64,000 bases of DNA from Lama guanicoe (Eukaryota): contig MU056146.1 of assembly GCA_013239625.1 (NCBI GenBank), positions 3,905,812-3,969,811 on the forward strand, given 5' to 3'. This document shows positions 38,030 through 52,300 of this stretch, piece after piece. The position numbers and the translations under genes were made by a program. Below the pieces are notes generated by a model. The model made no database searches. It was not told the DNA's origin and saw only the letters and a list, made by a program, of their open reading frames with translations. Positions within the stretch are counted from its first letter, which is position 1, and every line of letters begins with the position of its first letter.

Positions 38030-39499
38030 AATTAACATTGCTTGATAATACACCATTTAAGTTATGGTAGTCCCCATCCCCCACTGTCAGTGTATTACTC
38101 CACATATGCAGAATTGGAAGAAATAAGATGAACCAGTTGACTTTGGCATGGCATAGCAGCAATCACACATTTTTGATCCATTCAAACCTCATACCAGTTT
38201 TCACAGCTGAGTGGGGGACAGGGTGTGATGATTAAATGATTAAAATTTAAAAATGATTTAGGTATCTGTGTCCTCCATCAGGCTCTGAGAACCTCATGTC
38301 TTCTAGTACATTGAGCACATAGTAAATGCTCAAATAAATGTGTGTTTTTGCAAGACAGAAATGATCCTAAAAAAGAAAAATAGAAATATTGGTGAATATT
38401 GATCATTTTGTATAGTTAGTAAATAAAAATGTAGGTGAATTTATTTCAACTTTTTGTCTAGTTTCTCCTGTTTGAAAACACCAAGTGTGAGAAAGTGAAA
38501 ATCACATTAAGGCAAGCAGTTAGAGGTGGTGGTTAGCATGGTATATGTGTTTATTATTAACTATTACCAGGCCTTATAGGAGTAAACAAAGATTAGATCT
38601 CCTGAGTGGGACTTTGAAGCAAAATAGTTAAAAGGTACTGAATCAGACAATACATGTCATTTCTACCCTTTGTTCTTGATCACCTGGCTAATGTCTTTTA
38701 ATTATAATTATAATATCATATGTAGTATGTAGAAGAGGGTGCAAAATATATACATATACAATTTAAAGAATAATAGAATGAACACTTGTATACTCACCAC
38801 CCAAGTTAAGAAATAAAACATTTCTAGCATTTTGGAAACTCCTCTCTGTGCACCTCTCTAATCACATCCCTCTCCATCCTTTTATTTAAGAGTTGTCCTA
38901 ACTTTTGGATTAAATCATTCCTTTTTCCTTATAGTTTATACATTATATTATTTACATATTATATGTATTATATAGGCATTTTATTATTTACTTCTGAAAA
39001 ATTGAGTAGCAAGCACAGATTGTGTAAAGATGAGTCAGATAAGTATTTGGCTCCATATCTCCTTTTAAGTCAAGAGGGCTTCCACTCTGGCCTGACCCTT
39101 TAGAAAAATCCAAGACACTAATGAACCAGGTCCTCCCATAGCCAGTGCTCTCCTGTTCTAGACCATACTAAATAGAATCCAGAACTCCCTGCACATACAG
39201 TCCGTGCCAACTTCCAGAGCCTGGATGGGCTACTTCCCTTAGTCTGTCTTCTCAAAGATGGACTGTATTGCTTATGGCTAGGCACACGGGGTGGCCACAG
39301 GCAGCAGGCTAGACAGAAGTGCTAAATAGTGCAGATATATGGGTTGGGAGGTACAGCCCACAGACACTCAAGGCCTCTCTCTAGTCAGGATGGTGCCAGA
39401 GCAGGAGAAGAGTCGCTGCCTGGGAGCTTGGCAGAGTCCAGGGATTCTAAATCCAAGCCTGACTTTGCAGCCTCAGCTGCCTTGGAGTAACTTGAAATG

Positions 39500-40500
39500 T
39501 GATGCTGCTGGCAGGCTGTTGTAAATGTGTATTGTAACTCTAGGGAAACCATTAAACAATGATAAAAGACTACCATTAATATGCTAAGAGAAGAAATAAA
39601 TGGCTCAGTTAAAATCAGAAAAGGCAGGAAAATGGGGGGGAAAGAAAGAAAGAACAAGTGCAATGAGTTGAAAACAGTTACAAACATGGAAGATATTAGC
39701 CCAATTAAATCGACAATTATTTTAAATGTGCATGATCTAAATAAACCAATTAGAAGACAGAGACTGTCAGAGTGGATTTTAAAAAAACAAGACCCAACAA
39801 TGTGTTATCTATAAGAAACACACTTCAAGTATAGAGACTTGGTTTAAAAGTAAAGGGACGAAAAAAGATATATCATGCTAACACCAATCAAAAGAAATCT
39901 GGAGTGGCTATGTTAATTGCAGACAAAGTGGACTTCAGAATTAGGAAAATGATCAGGGATTAAGAGGAATAGTGTATAATGATGAAGGGGTCAACGTTCC
40001 CAGAAGACATAATCCTTAATATGTATGTATGTACATGAGAACAGTGTATGAAAATACATGAGGCGAAACAGATAGAACTGCAAAGAGAAATAGACAAACC
40101 CACAATTATACTTTGAGACGTCAACATCCCTATTTTAACAGTAGATTAGTAACACAGATTTGACCCGAATAACACTATCAATCAATCTGATCTAATTGGC
40201 ATTTATCGAATACTCCATCCAACAACAGGTAAGTATACATTCTTCTCAAACTTGCATGAAACGTTCAGGAAATGGACCCCATTCTGGGCCATCAAACACA
40301 CCTTAACAAATGTAAAATAATAGAAATCATACAAAAATTTGTTCTCAGACCACAACAGAATTAGACTAGAAATCAGTAGCAGAAAGATAGCTGGAAAATC
40401 CCCCAACATTTGGATACTAAACAACACCCTTCTACATAATGCATAAGTCAGATAAGAAATCTCAAGAGAAATTTTAAAATATTTGGAACTAAAACACAAC
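39500..40500 (+). mobile_element. L1 inter-ORF region and ORF2 endonuclease fragment
   Basis: IILNVHDLNKPIRRQRLSEWILKKQDPTMCYL matches the ORF2 N-terminus. Confidence 0.88.
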
Positions 40501-41139
40501 TTATTAACATTAAGACCTACTGAAAGTAGGTTTTAGAAATTTGCTTATTAGAAGTGAGTCTCTAAGTTTGACCCACACCCAAAAGGAAGGAAATTAGATT
40601 TGCCTTTTGAGGCAAGGAAGCATCAAAGATTTTGAGGGCATATGTTGAAACCACCACAGCAACCAGGACTTTGATTGTTCCCTGGTGACTTAAGCGGGGA
40701 AAATGGCTTGGTGGCAGTCTCAACCTACAATTCAATTGAACCATTTATGTATTGCCTTGAACTGACTAGGGTCTGGAAGATGGACTAAAAACCAAAAACA
40801 AAACCCCAAACCTAACTCATGGAAGGTGGCTCAGTCCTGGCATTTGTGGTGGGATTGGAGGGGTGCTACATATCAGAAAAGGACTTGTGGTTTTATGAAA
40901 TGCCACAATTTGGAGCCCCTGATTAATTTATCTCAACCAGATATTCATGAGGGAGAGACAGACTATTTTTATCGGAATTTGGTTGCCATGACCACGGTAG
41001 GACTATGCTGGGTTTACTACTGGTGGTTAAGAGCTTCTACAAGGGCACAGGCATCCTGGGCTCCTCCCATCCCTGTGAGATCTGGGAGTCCGTTACAATG
41101 GCAGCTCTTGCACCTAGAATTCCAGGTCTAGAGAGGCTT

Positions 41140-41212
41140 TTTTCTTTCCTTTTCCTTTCCTTTTCCTTTCCTTTTCCTTTCCTTTCCTCTCCTCTCCTCT
41201 CCTCTCCTCTCC
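41140..41212. repeat. (TTTCC)n/(CTCCT)n pyrimidine repeat
   Basis: Direct reading. Confidence 0.9.
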
Positions 41213-41889
41213 TACCTAGAGTGGCTTTGACTTCCTGCACTAAAGTCATACCAATACATCTTACCAATCTATATTATTTTTTGTTACTAAAATGAAAGTA
41301 TATCAAAGATGTGGTGAGGAGGTGCCTGGAATAGATAAGTATAAACTATCCAATCCTTTATTCCCTTTTTCTAAAGTCTTTGAATTCCTTTCTTGTTTGT
41401 GATTTCTTACTTTGAGAATGTAATTGATTGTGGGATAAAGTTCAGTGCACATTTACATTGAAGTCTTTCCCCCCAGCTTGTCACACGCTGAATATACAAT
41501 CTCTGGGAAAGGCCAATATCTATCTATACTTTCGGCCTGATCCAAAATAGGGACCATGCTCCTGGATCTAGCAACCTTAAAATCTGTTCCTACAAACATC
41601 CTCCCAATTTGGGGTAGATGTAAATTAGCAAATTCCTACAACATCTAGATTTCTAACTCTTCCATACCAATGTGCGGGATTGTCTCACTTGTCCTCCCCA
41701 CCCCCCGCCCCCAGGACATGCTAAATTTGTATTCTAGTTACCATAGCAGCAGTGCTTGGCTCAGATCTGGCTCCTGAGAGGGAAATTACTAGTTCTCACT
41801 TGCAAAGGTGGCACAGCGTCCTCAGCCGAAGAAAGCAGAATGAGGAGTTATTTCAGGATGGTGTGGGGACTTCAGATCCTCTGTCTCAA

Positions 41890-42055
41890 TTGCTCTCAAA
41901 TATTCTCCTGGAAGGCTTGTTAGAACACAGACAGCTGTGCCCACCCCTAGCGTTTCTGATTCAGTAGGTCTGGGCTGGAGCTGGAAATTTTGCACTTCTA
42001 ACAAGTTCCCAGTTGATGCCACTGGTCTGGGGACCCTGCTTTGAGAACCACTGCT
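41890..42055. mobile_element. MER5A
   Basis: TCTGATTCAGTAGGTCTGGG...TTGAGAACCACTG. Confidence 0.75.
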
Positions 42056-45000
42056 TCAGTCTTACAAATCTTAAAAATTTCCCTTTCCGCTTGTCAGGAA
42101 CCACTGTTTTCTGATCAGTCCTCCAACTTCATATGAAAAGACTTAAAACGACTGTGAACCCAACTCACAAAATCAGTTTCTGGGTTTGGTTTTGTATGTC
42201 CTGTCTTAAAGCTTCAGATAAAAATTGATTTTTTTCATCAAAATCACAGAAAGAACTGGAATATTGACAAAGTGAGATTTTGAGATTTGATCTTGTTCTC
42301 TTATTTTAAGTTATACATAAGGTAAAAAAAAAATCATTATGCCTAGTTGTCCAGCATTCTTCATCCCTCCAAACTGGTCAGTGGCAAAAACTATTTAGCC
42401 CCAAGCTTAGTGAACAAATTGTTCCAATGAATCTTAATGGGAGTCTCAGATCCTTTTGCCTCATATTAGCCAAATAAGTAATGATCTGGACTTTGGGAAA
42501 GGTATCCTGATACTTTCCTCATAATGTTCTCTCTCCTTAAAGGTTCAAGGTTTGAAGATGCGTACAAGGCAGAACAAAAGATAGCACCTTTATATCCCTT
42601 TGAATAATCTGGATTTCCCTCTCTTGGGGAGGTAATTTCCTCCTCAACCTATAGTCTCTTTAACTGGATTCTGAGATTTAACTTCCTTCATTCAGCTTCT
42701 AGGATTCTAACCAGTTCCATAAGACAGAACAGTCATTGCTGCTTAGAAATGGATAGAAAACCAAACACTTTCATAGGAATTGCCCCACCCTTAAAGGGAT
42801 ACATGCCATTGCTCAGTTCTTTCTCTTTTTTTCTCCTGCCTTCCAATTTTATCTTCACTTGGAACAGTAAGGGGAGGATTCAAGAACTGGTTCTGATCCT
42901 TGGCTCTGATCCCTTTAAAAGACTCTCTCTTTCTTAAGCAAACACATCAAGTCCAAATGAGCAAGATGGGTCTCAGTCTAGTAATGCCAGAGTGGTTGGC
43001 AAGCAGAAACTTCATCGTTGCCTTTCACCAGATTCCACTGAAGTAAGAAGTAATCCCCAAATGTCATATTTACGATAGAAAGGTATATTGTTTGTGTTTT
43101 ATATGAGCTGTATGTTTGCTGTGGCTTTGCTCCATGGGGTCTCCTCACGGGACCCAGTGCACTGTCTGGGACATGCTTTCCTTTTGGCAGAATAGCTGAG
43201 CCATACGTTGGCTCTCGAAATCTCTGCTGAGAAGTATATCACTTCTACTCACGTTCAAGTAGCCAAAGCAAATCATGTTATAAAACCCAATGTGAATAGG
43301 CCAGGGAGGTATACTTTCTCAAAGAAAGTCACTGAAAATCACAGGGTTGCAGACAGGAATGTAAATCCTTTTACAGGGGGGCAAATAACGGGAACAATAA
43401 TCCAATTTACTGTAGAACTATAAGGTTAATCAGGGGTAGGAAGAACTACTCGGGATCTACAAAGAAGAAAATTTTAAATTTTGCATAGCGCCAACCTGAA
43501 ACTACATCAGGCAAAAAAATTCAGCCGCTTGATAGGCAACTCACCCATTATAGCACTAAGGCAGAGAGAAAGGACTACAGTTGTTTGATGGATAACTTCT
43601 ATCATCCGGACCACTATGGCTAGACTGATTATGCAAGAATAAGGAGATTGCTCAAAATATTTCAGCATGTCTAGGTTGATGTATTTTCAGTCTTTGGTGG
43701 GGAAGTGTTTGCTTTTCTTCCTAGCTTTCCAGGAGAGAGCCTTTAAAACAAATTCAGTATTTCTTTAGCTGAACTAATTGGGTGAAAATTTTGTCCACAC
43801 ATGAGCCAAGGTGTATAGTCACATCAGGCTCCCCTTCGAGCTCAATTATTGAGATGACAATAATAGATCTAATAAAGCATCAGGGGAGGAGCTGATAAAA
43901 ACAAAACAAAACACCCTGAAGGATGGCATGGATAACTTGGGGTGAGATAAAATCATCAGAATTGCTGGTAGGACACGGAACAACCAGTCCCCTGAAAGAA
44001 GGCATTCAGTGTTGTTGAATTGAAAGGATCTAGTAGTTAAACGTATCCTGATGCATTAAAATATCCCTTTAAGTTCATTAAGAAAATGAAAATGTTCCTC
44101 TTTTATGGAAAATTAAGTACAAAATAATTGCAGTAAGTAATTTGCAAACCCAAATTGAGGGGCATTCTGCGAAATAACTGGCCCGTATGCATCAAAAGTG
44201 TCAAAGTCAAAAAAGGCCAAGAAGGACTGAGGTATTGTTCCAAATTAAGGGAACTTAAGAGATTTGATAACTGAATACAATTTATGATCTAGGGTTTTCC
44301 TTTTCTATTTAGGACATTACTAGGGCAAATGACAAAATTTTAGTAAAATCTGATATCAAAAGTACTGAGTATTGTTATCAATATTATTTTCCCAGTTTTG
44401 ATAGCTGTACTGTGTTCTATAAGAGAATATTTTTAGGAAATACACACTGAAGCTTTTAGGAATACAGGGCATAATGCCTGAAACTTCCAAAGAGATCAGA
44501 AGAGAGAGACAGACAGAGACACACAGACAGAAATGGGAGAAGGATGAAGCAAGTTATAGCAAATTGGGAAGTCTGGATGAGGCATCTATGAGGATATTTT
44601 GTACTAGCTTTGTAACTTAAAAAAAAAACAGGGTATAAATTTGTATCATTTAAAGAAAGTCCAGAAAGAGGCAGTGTGGGTCTGTGTAGTGGCTCCACAA
44701 AGCTACCAGTCACCCAAGCTTCTTCCAGCTCAACCCTGGATGTGTCCTACCTCCTTGAGGTGGAAGATGGGTGCTGCAGTTCCCACAATCACAACTCATT
44801 AAATGAAGTTGAAATAATTCTAGAAGCTGTGGAGGAGGAGGGGAATAGCCTTATAACATTTATGTCTAAAATTATATTAAAATAAAACCTTAGAAAAACC
44901 AGTTACGTGTAAAACCATTTCTTTTTAAATGAAATCAATCTAAATATCAGCTAGCTATCATAATTGGGGCCCCGACAGTGGTGAATCCACTCAGATCTGG

Positions 45001-45994
45001 CGGAGGACTAGAAATTTAGGATTGTGACAAAAGAGGGTGGGAAAGATCTGATCATAAGTGTAGCCCTCATGAGACTATTTTTCTTGGAGGCAAATATAAG
45101 GATACATGGATCTAGAAAAAGCTTCTTTAAGAATGACTCATAGGAATGATTTTTCTAGTGTTCTTGCATATCCAAAACTGCTGATCTCTGGCCTTTATTC
45201 TTAAATAAGTTTTGCACAATTGTCTTATGGCATTGAATGTTTAGAAATGACTGATCTATTCTAAGTGTTTATTAAAATAAGGATTGGCAGAAAAAGAATT
45301 GATGTGAAAGACAGACAAACAATATGAGTTTGAGAATTCCCGAGGGAGAAAATGGAAATAAGGGAAAAGAACAAATGTATCAACATATAGGAAAAATTCC
45401 CAAGAATAAAGAAGGACCTGAATCTGTACATTAAAAGAATACTCTTTGTACCAGGAAAATCACACATAATGTACAATGTGTTTGCATTTTTAAAATCATT
45501 GTATTAATGAATCTATCAGTTTTTTAAAAATTCATTTTTCTGTTGATGGAGAAGGAAGTATTTTCAATTTCTGGCTATTATACAGCTGCTATGAACATTA
45601 TTATACAAGGTTTTTGTGGACACTTATTTTTGTTTCTCTGAGATCAACACCTAGCAGTGGAGGTGCTAGGTCATCAATTAGATATAGGTTTAACTTTTTA
45701 ACACACTAGCAAACAGTTTTCCAAAGTGGTTGCATCATTTCATACTCCCACCAGCAAACCATGAGCATTCCAAATGCTTTACAATACTTGGTACTGTGAA
45801 TTGCTTTTCATTGTTAAGCCCTTCTGGTGGGTATGTAATGGAATCTCATTATGGTTATAATTTGCATTTCTCTGATGACAAATGATGTTGAGCACCTTTT
45901 CATGTGAACACAGGCTATTCCATTCTGTCCCTTTTTTTTTTTTTATTATAATTGGCTTTTGGACAATGCGGGGAGTTAATCTGAGTACAATTTA

Positions 45995-46137
45995 CAGTTG
46001 GCCTTCCATATATGAGGCTCCTCCGCTTCCATAGATTCAACCAACCACAGGCCAAGTAGCACTGTATTTATTACTGAAAAAATCCATATATAAAAGGACC
46101 AAGGCAGTTCAGACTTCAGTTGTTCAAGGGTTAATTG
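45995..46137. mobile_element. Tigger2/MER8-type MITE
   Basis: TA-flanked; ends CAGTTGGCC... and ...TGTTCAAGGGTTAATTG. Confidence 0.75.
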
Positions 46138-46147
46138 TACTTACTTT

Positions 46148-46982
46148 TGATAAAGATGATTTTTCCCAAAAACTGCTCTTGTAGGAAGTTTGTATGGAGG
46201 AAGAGATTGGAATGTGTGCCACACTAGCCATAATTTTTCTAATGATCCAAGTTTTTGCATTAATTAATCTAGTTATTGTTTCTCCTCTGCAAAGGGAGAC
46301 AAATACAGCCATAAAGCTGTTCATCATGTCAAGTTTTTCTTCTGCCACGGGGATAAATTGCTTCCTGGAGGTAATAATTAATACAGAAATAAATCATCTT
46401 TCAGTCCTATACCTTTTGCTTCATGAAACCAAATGGTGTCCTAAGTAGATTCTGTCCCCAACCAGTGCATCTCATTCTTCTTGTTGCAAACAAGATCTCT
46501 GGGGTTTTCACTACAGGATATAACTCTAACCTGCTGAGACAGGCCAGGCCCTGGGACCTGGACTTTTTCCTGGAGTGCTTGCACCTGGAAAAACATCTCC
46601 TCAAGCAACACAATACAAAGAAGCTCTAAGGGACTGAAAATGACCATATGCATGGGCAGTTGGGCAAAGTATGAACAATAAAATATAAAAAGGCCACAAG
46701 CCAACTGCTATTTCAGAGGTGCTGGGAGCAAAAAGAGGGTACTGCTCATGATCCCTGCACACAGCACCACCAAGGGGGTGGGCCGACCACATTAGCGCAA
46801 CCCACCCATCTAACCTCACATTTAACCCATTAAAGGAACGAGCTTGCCACCCCTCAGGGAGTGAGAAGTGAACCTATTACTTGTTTTTGATTCCTTGTAC
46901 TGCAAAGCCTTGCCTGAATCCCTCATCTGGCCTCTTATCAATTCCTATTGATTAAGGAATCCAAGAACCCAGGTGGGTGACA
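46148..46982 (+). mobile_element. Probable solo ERV LTR (5' boundary uncertain)
   Basis: Ends ...CCAAGAACCCAGGTGGGTGACA, with TATAAAA and ATTAAA-like signals. Confidence 0.5.
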
Positions 46983-48419
46983 CTTGAAAAAGTATCTTGC
47001 TGTCTTTTTCTGAGATGAGCACTAGCAGGCATTCTCTCTCTGATTCCTCTCCTGTTTTGCATCCCTCCTGCTTGCTTTGGGAATTGGAGTTTCAGCAGTC
47101 TCCTACATTTTGTTGAGATTGTAATTTGCTTTTCTTTATCTTATTTGCTGTTGTGGCTTTGGGTGATCTCCTAGATGGAAAGAAGGAGGTAGTGATTTGA
47201 CACTACCGTCCTAAAATAGAAGTTTTGATAAATACCAATTACCAAGTTAAAGCAGTTTGCTTCCTCCCTTCTTTTTTTTTTTTTTGCTGAATTTTTTTTC
47301 TTTTAAACATGAATGAATGAATGCTGTATTTTATCTAAGGATTGACTCTGTTAAAGTGATTTTTATCTATCTGTTAATTTGATGTATTTCATTAAAAGAT
47401 GTTTAGAAGTTGATCTGTCCTTGTATCCCTGGATAATTTCTTCTTGGTTTTATATATATATATTTTTTTTTTAACTGCTGAATTGGATTTGGAAATATTC
47501 CATTTAAGATTGCTTTATCTATCCTCAAAATTCACTTCATGGTTTTCTTTTCTTTCCAGTTTTAGCATCAAGTCTTTTAAATTGAGTTGGAGAGATTTTT
47601 CCCTTTTTAAAAATACTCTGAAATTTCTTCACCATTCCCAACACAGTAGTTTCTGCTCATTTTTTCATTCATTCTTTCTGTTTCTTTATTTTTGTTCTGT
47701 GGTGTTTCTTGCATCCAGAGATGAGTGTACCATTCATTTCCCTCTTTTTTCTTTTTTCTTTTTTTTTTTTGGTTTTTAACTGAAAGCATTTAAGGTTCTG
47801 AATTTCTCTCCAAATACTTGCTTTAGCAGCATTTCACAAATTGGGATAATGTAGCATTTTCATTATCATCTAGTTTTTCCTAATTTGAAATTTTTGTGAT
47901 GACTTTTTCTTTACCATGGCTAACTTAAAGATACATTTTTTGTTTCCAGGACTTGGTAAAATATCTGTTTATTGTTGACTTTCAATTTAATTGCATTATG
48001 GTCAGAGGAGATAAAATGTATGATAATGATTCTTAGGAATGTGTAAAACTTCCTCTGTGAACATGTATTTGGTAGGTTTTTAAAAGCTTTTTATGAGTCC
48101 TTGAAAAAAATTCCTTTTTACTAGGCAGGTCATCACCTTTCCACATATAGAACTGTTAGATACAGAGTAGGATAAAGCTTGTTAAGTTTTTGCTCAAATT
48201 TTCTAATATTTTCTAAGGGTTTCCAATTCTTACTAAAATTTGTGTGTATGCTTGGTCTTTAGAGTTTCTGACAGTGGTATCTTTTTAAATGTCTTCTAAT
48301 ATTCTCTTACTTTGTGTTCTAGAGCCTATTCCATCAATTAGGTTCCGTGTGTGTATTATGTTCTTTTTTTTTTTAATTTCAGGGACTACTTTTAATTTCA
48401 AAGATTATCAGTTATCACG

Positions 48420-49372
48420 GTGGGTTAAATAATGCTCCTTACTCCAAAATTCATTTCCACGTAAGTCTCCGAATGTGGCCTTATCTGGAAAGAGGGTCTT
48501 TGCAGATGTAATTAGTCAAGAAGGAAAGGAGAGGAATATACAGAACATCATGCAAAAATGGAGGCAGATTAGAATGATGCAGCCACAAGCTGAGGAATGC
48601 CAGGGATTGCTGGGAGCCACCAGAAATGAGGAAAAAGCAAAGAAGGAGTCTTCTAGATCCGTCAGAGAGAGTGTGGCCCTGTCAACATCTTGATTTTGGA
48701 CTTCTAGTTTCCAGAACCATGAGAGAATAAATTTCTGTTCTTTTAAACTGAAACCACAGCCTAAATCCATTACACCTGTAACCTGCCTTCCCTGATCAAG
48801 GTCATTTTAATTGTTGCATGTCCTCCAAGGGACACGTAGTCTAAACAAGGTGTTTGCCCAAGTTGTTTTCCAGGAACTTGGAGTCAGCTGTGTCTAGTTT
48901 GAGCTTGAGCTGGTTAAGATGGGTGAGGACCACCAACCCTCCACCTGGGCATGCCCAACTGTCTTGCTGTCTGACCTCCTGGCATCAGTGGGCCCAAAAC
49001 TCCACCCTCAGAATGTTCCAACGCCAAGACCTTTTCTGAACATGCCTCGGGCAAAGAAACCTGTAGCTTAGTTACACCTGCGTGAAACGGTGATTACCTC
49101 ACCTTTTTTTAAATTTCCAATCACCTTTCCCCACGCTCCCCATGCCTCGGACCATTCTGCTGCTGTACCTCGTAAATACCCCAGCCCCTTGCCTTTCGGG
49201 AAGCAGGTGAGAGACTTGTTTTCTTCTTGGTTGGCTGCCTTGCTAATAAACGCTCCACTGCAGATTTCATCTTGGCGTTTCGGCTTGTGCGAGTGGGCAA
49301 ACCAACCTGGTTTGGTAGCAAAACCACCTAGTTTGTGATAATTTACTACGGCAGCCCTGGGCAACTAATACA
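48420..49372 (+). mobile_element. MLT1 (MaLR) LTR, split by a nested ERV LTR
   Basis: MLT1 body up to ...AATAAATTTCTGTTCTTTTAAAC, resuming as CACCTAGTTTGTG...AACTAATACA. Confidence 0.8.
48749..49320 (+). mobile_element. Solo ERV1-class LTR (572 bp)
   Basis: TG...CA termini, 4-bp TSD AAAC (48745-48748 and 49321-49324), AATAAA at 49245-49250. Confidence 0.85.
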
Positions 49373-52300
49373 GTTGTTTATTACATCCACCTGTCCTTGT
49401 TTCATTTATGCCTGTTTTGTTTCATTCTTTCTTGTAATTATGGATGTGATTTCTTTATGTCTGTAAGCACCCTTAGTCTCTATCATTAATTTCCTCTTAA
49501 GTGAGTTCAGGTTCAGTTGCTGATTTGTTGCCTGTCCTTCTGAGCAGTAGAGTTCTTGTATTTTGAAATATTATTTTGCAGTTCCACGAGGAGTGGGAAG
49601 GTCGTTTTTTATTGCTTCTTTGTGTTTCCACTTTTCTTTCTGTGCTTACTCTCTCCTGTCCTGTAATGGCAGTTCCAAGCTAATGCTGCAGAGCCAGCCA
49701 GGAGCAGCTTGATTCCCCATTCCTAGGTTTCTACAATTCCGTGTAAACAAGAAGCCATAACAGAGCCCCTGCTGGTGGTGCCGAGCACCCAGGAGAACAA
49801 GGAGACTGTCTCTGGATTACCTTTGGTCCCTAGAACAGAGGCTAGCATTCCCCTGGCTTCTGCTTGCACATAATTTTGTGGGATTTTTCCCCCCGTTTCT
49901 AGTCCATGGAAATAACTTATCTTGGCTTAGACTCCAGCAAGTTCCTTTTGTTTGTTTTCTCATTTTAGTTTCTGTATCATTGTTACGAGTTGGTTATAAT
50001 AAGGTTCGGCAAGGAAACCTTTGTGTCTATGTGCCAGGTGGTCTCTTCAGAGCCTACATAGCTATCAGAAATATTTTGGCTCTACTTTGGTATTGCAATT
50101 AAGTAGTAATTAACTGAATGAAGGTAAGCTGATTACTCCTTTGGTCCTACTCCCACTATCCCATTTATTACCACCAAAATTCGCGCCAAATTTGTTTGCT
50201 TCTATCTCCATCTCTGTTGTTACCACTATGTAATTCAAGCTACCATCATCTTTTACCTGGCATACGGCAATAGCCTCCCAGGTGGCTCATGGCTTAACCC
50301 TCTACAATCCTTTTTTTTTTTCTTGCAGGAGCCAATGTGACTTCTTTTAAAATCTAAATCTAATACTATCAGCCTTTTGCTTAAAACCCTCTGATGACTT
50401 CCTGTTCTCAACAGAATGAGATAAAAACTCCCTTTTAACAACCTAAATGGCACCATATGATCTGGTTTTTGTCTACCTCCTGACATCAGATCATACTACT
50501 GTCCCCCAAGTTTATTAAATTTCAACATACTGTTCCTCAAACACGATACTTCCATTTCAAAGCCTTTGTGCTTTCAGTTTCCTCTGTCAGGCTCCGAAAG
50601 TGACTGGCTCTCTTCATAAATCAGGCCTCACTCACGCCTTCCCTTCTCCACTCCCACGTCTATCAGCAATCCTGTTGGCTCTGCCTCCAAAATATGTTCC
50701 AAGTCCTACCACTTCTTTTTCATAATTACTGTAACACATTCTATCATTTACACACACTTGTTCACATTTTAAAAACAAGAAGTATAGTTTATGAACTTTT
50801 TCTTATAGACATTTTGATAGGTTGTCTGGACTAGAATGTTCCTAGACTATGTACATATCAACAGATTATTTTTTTAAATCAAGTAATCAACTTGATTTCC
50901 CATGTGAGGGGGAAAGAGAGGGAAAACAGGAAAAAATAGAGGAGCTGGTTTTAGACTACTAAGAAAATGTAAGTCCTAATTCTCTTCCTTCTGTAAGGAA
51001 AAGGGAGAAATTTTAGATGCAGAAAAACTCACTTGACACAAACATTCATTACAATTATTTTAATTAATAATACTCAGGCCCTTCACAATTATTTAAAGTA
51101 AATTTTTATTTTTGAAATAATTTTAGCATAAAGATGCAAGGAGACTACAGGGAGGTCCTAAATACTAATTTATTTTTCCCTATTGCTAACATCTTACATA
51201 GCCATGGTACGTTTGTCAAAATTAAGAAAGTTGATAATGGTCCATCACTACTAACTAAACTTGAGATTTTATATGGGTTTCAGTAGTTTTCCCAGTAATG
51301 TCCATTTTCTATTTCTGGATCTGGTTTAAGACAGCACATTTCAGTCATCATGTCTCTTTAGTTTCCTCTGGTCTGTCAATAGTTTCTAAGCCTTTCCTTG
51401 TTTTTCATGATCTTGACAGTTTTGAGGAGTATTCATCAGGTATTTGAAAAAATGGTCCTCAGTTTTGGTTTATGTGATTTTTTTCATATTTAGACTGGGT
51501 TATAGAATGGAAAGAATATCACAGAGGTTAAGTGCCCTTCTCATGACATCGTATCAGGGATACATGGGGTCAATATAACAGCATTGGTAATGTTAAATTT
51601 TGTTCATAATATTCTTCTAACTGGTGAACTTGTTACACTTTTGTTCACTGTAACAGATATATTAGGGCTCATTAATTATCTGGGTGTCCCAACAAACTTC
51701 CTCATTCCTTTGAAGTTATGGGGAGTTATGTCACTAGCTATAGCTAATGGAAATGTAAATGTCACTTCTGGATTCAAGCTCTATTTTTATTTCCATTCCT
51801 GGGCAACCACAAGACTTGCTATGTTGTAGCAGAGCCACAAAAGCTTGGAGATTTTATTCCCTACTTGTTGGAAGCTGTATAGGAGCTGCATTGGACTTTG
51901 TGTGAAAGCACAAATTCATAAAGATAAATGCAGAAGGATGTACACTGCAGCATTATGTGAATTATAATGCTGTCTATTTTGTTTTGATTTGGTGCAGAAA
52001 GATGTTGTATCATGCCTGCTTTTGAATATTAATTTCTCCCCATAGCTAATCCATCACCAAATTTTGCCTCCTTCACCTCCAAAATGTGTTCTAGATGTGT
52101 CCACTACTCTCTACCAACATTATTTTTCCTGGTCAATAAACATAGATCAATATACTTAAATAAAGTAGAAATTATATTTCTAGTTTTGGATACACCACCA
52201 TTTAAACATTCTACCATTATTTTAAGTCTTTTACTATTACAATGAATAAGTACTATCGATTATAGTAGTGTTTATGCATACGTTTAAAAAAGGACTGCAT

